This document shows, piece by piece, positions 63,286-64,000 of a stretch of 64,000 nucleotides of DNA. The notes beneath the pieces are model-generated. The model saw nothing but the letters and a program-made list of their open reading frames with translations. It searched no databases and was not told the DNA's origin. The DNA lies in the NCBI RefSeq assembly GCF_001194135.2, contig NC_068986.1, forward strand, positions 77,572,427-77,636,426, read 5' to 3'. Made by a program: the position numbers and the translations under genes. Each line of letters opens with the position of its first letter. Within the stretch, counting starts at the first letter, position 1. This DNA is from Octopus bimaculoides (lineage: Eukaryota).

Positions 63286-64000
63286 NNNNNNNNNNNNNNN
63301 NNNNNNNNNNNNNNNNNNNNNNNNNATAGATAGATAGATAGATACACACAAGATATACCTTGCCATAATAATTATTGGATAAAAATTAATCAATATTAAA
63401 TGTGATTATATAGTAGGTTAAAACTATCTTCTGACTAGACTTTGAAGGTTGTTCAAGTACACAATGAAGATTTAAAAAAATATGCTAGATCAATATTGCC
63501 ATTTCAAATGGCCATCATTGAGCCTAGCTGAAACTGAAGTAGAGAAAACTGAAGCCTCAATTGTCTGTAGATACTAAAATTATACTGAGCTAAAATTATA
63601 GTTCAGGATATTAATATTTCACCATAACATCTTTGTTAATATGATTGTATTATTATGCTATGTATATGTTACAATGTAAAATATAAAATTAAAATGCTTC
63701 CTAAAAATCTAGAAAATTTCACTTCTATAATATATATGTATTTATATGTGAATGCAGAATTTTGATGTAGTTGCTGAAGCAAGGGCAAGCCTCAATAGAC
63801 ATAACATAAATCCACAGAAGATCGTTCTGTCCAAACTTCTGGGTAGTGCCATGAAACCATGGTACAAAGTAGTCTTAAACTGGCCTTTGTTGAAGTTTGA
63901 AAAAAAAAAATTGCAATGTTCCATGATTGTCCAAACCTTGATATTTGCATGAAATAATAGCAAGGAAGTAACTCTGGCACTATTATATATATATATATAT

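Noticed and set aside
63810-63950. KLAFVEV, resembling an RTE-type RT motif
   Set aside because: Too short and degenerate, and cut by the window edge.

Overview
AT-rich eukaryotic genomic DNA with 16 N-gaps and many microsatellites. The repeat landscape looks like a coleoid cephalopod, probably Octopus (my recognition, not database-checked). The only host gene is a fragment of a T-type voltage-gated calcium channel alpha-1 subunit (Cav3) on the minus strand. Eight GT-AG exons between 39639 and 8044 (1006 nt, 335 codons, all splice phases consistent) encode the end of the II-III linker, all of domain III (pore motif SKDGW) and the start of the III-IV linker. The rest is intron: tRNA-headed SINEs, mariner/Tigger/piggyBac-type MITEs and remnants, a 5'-truncated R4/Dong LINE, a tandem Helitron junction and a decayed Penelope-like element (PLE). 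The most striking unexplained structure is a set of PLE-type minimal type-I hammerhead ribozyme motifs from several unrelated sequence families. Four motifs have a canonical core, and one family shares a non-canonical U at core position 6. Four loci sit in fold-back elements where an antisense copy is transcribed first and should mask the ribozyme. There are also several candidate alternative or poison exons, including one in the III-IV linker. Almost all ORFs in the supplied track are artefacts of gaps and microsatellites. All folds and alignments were done by eye.
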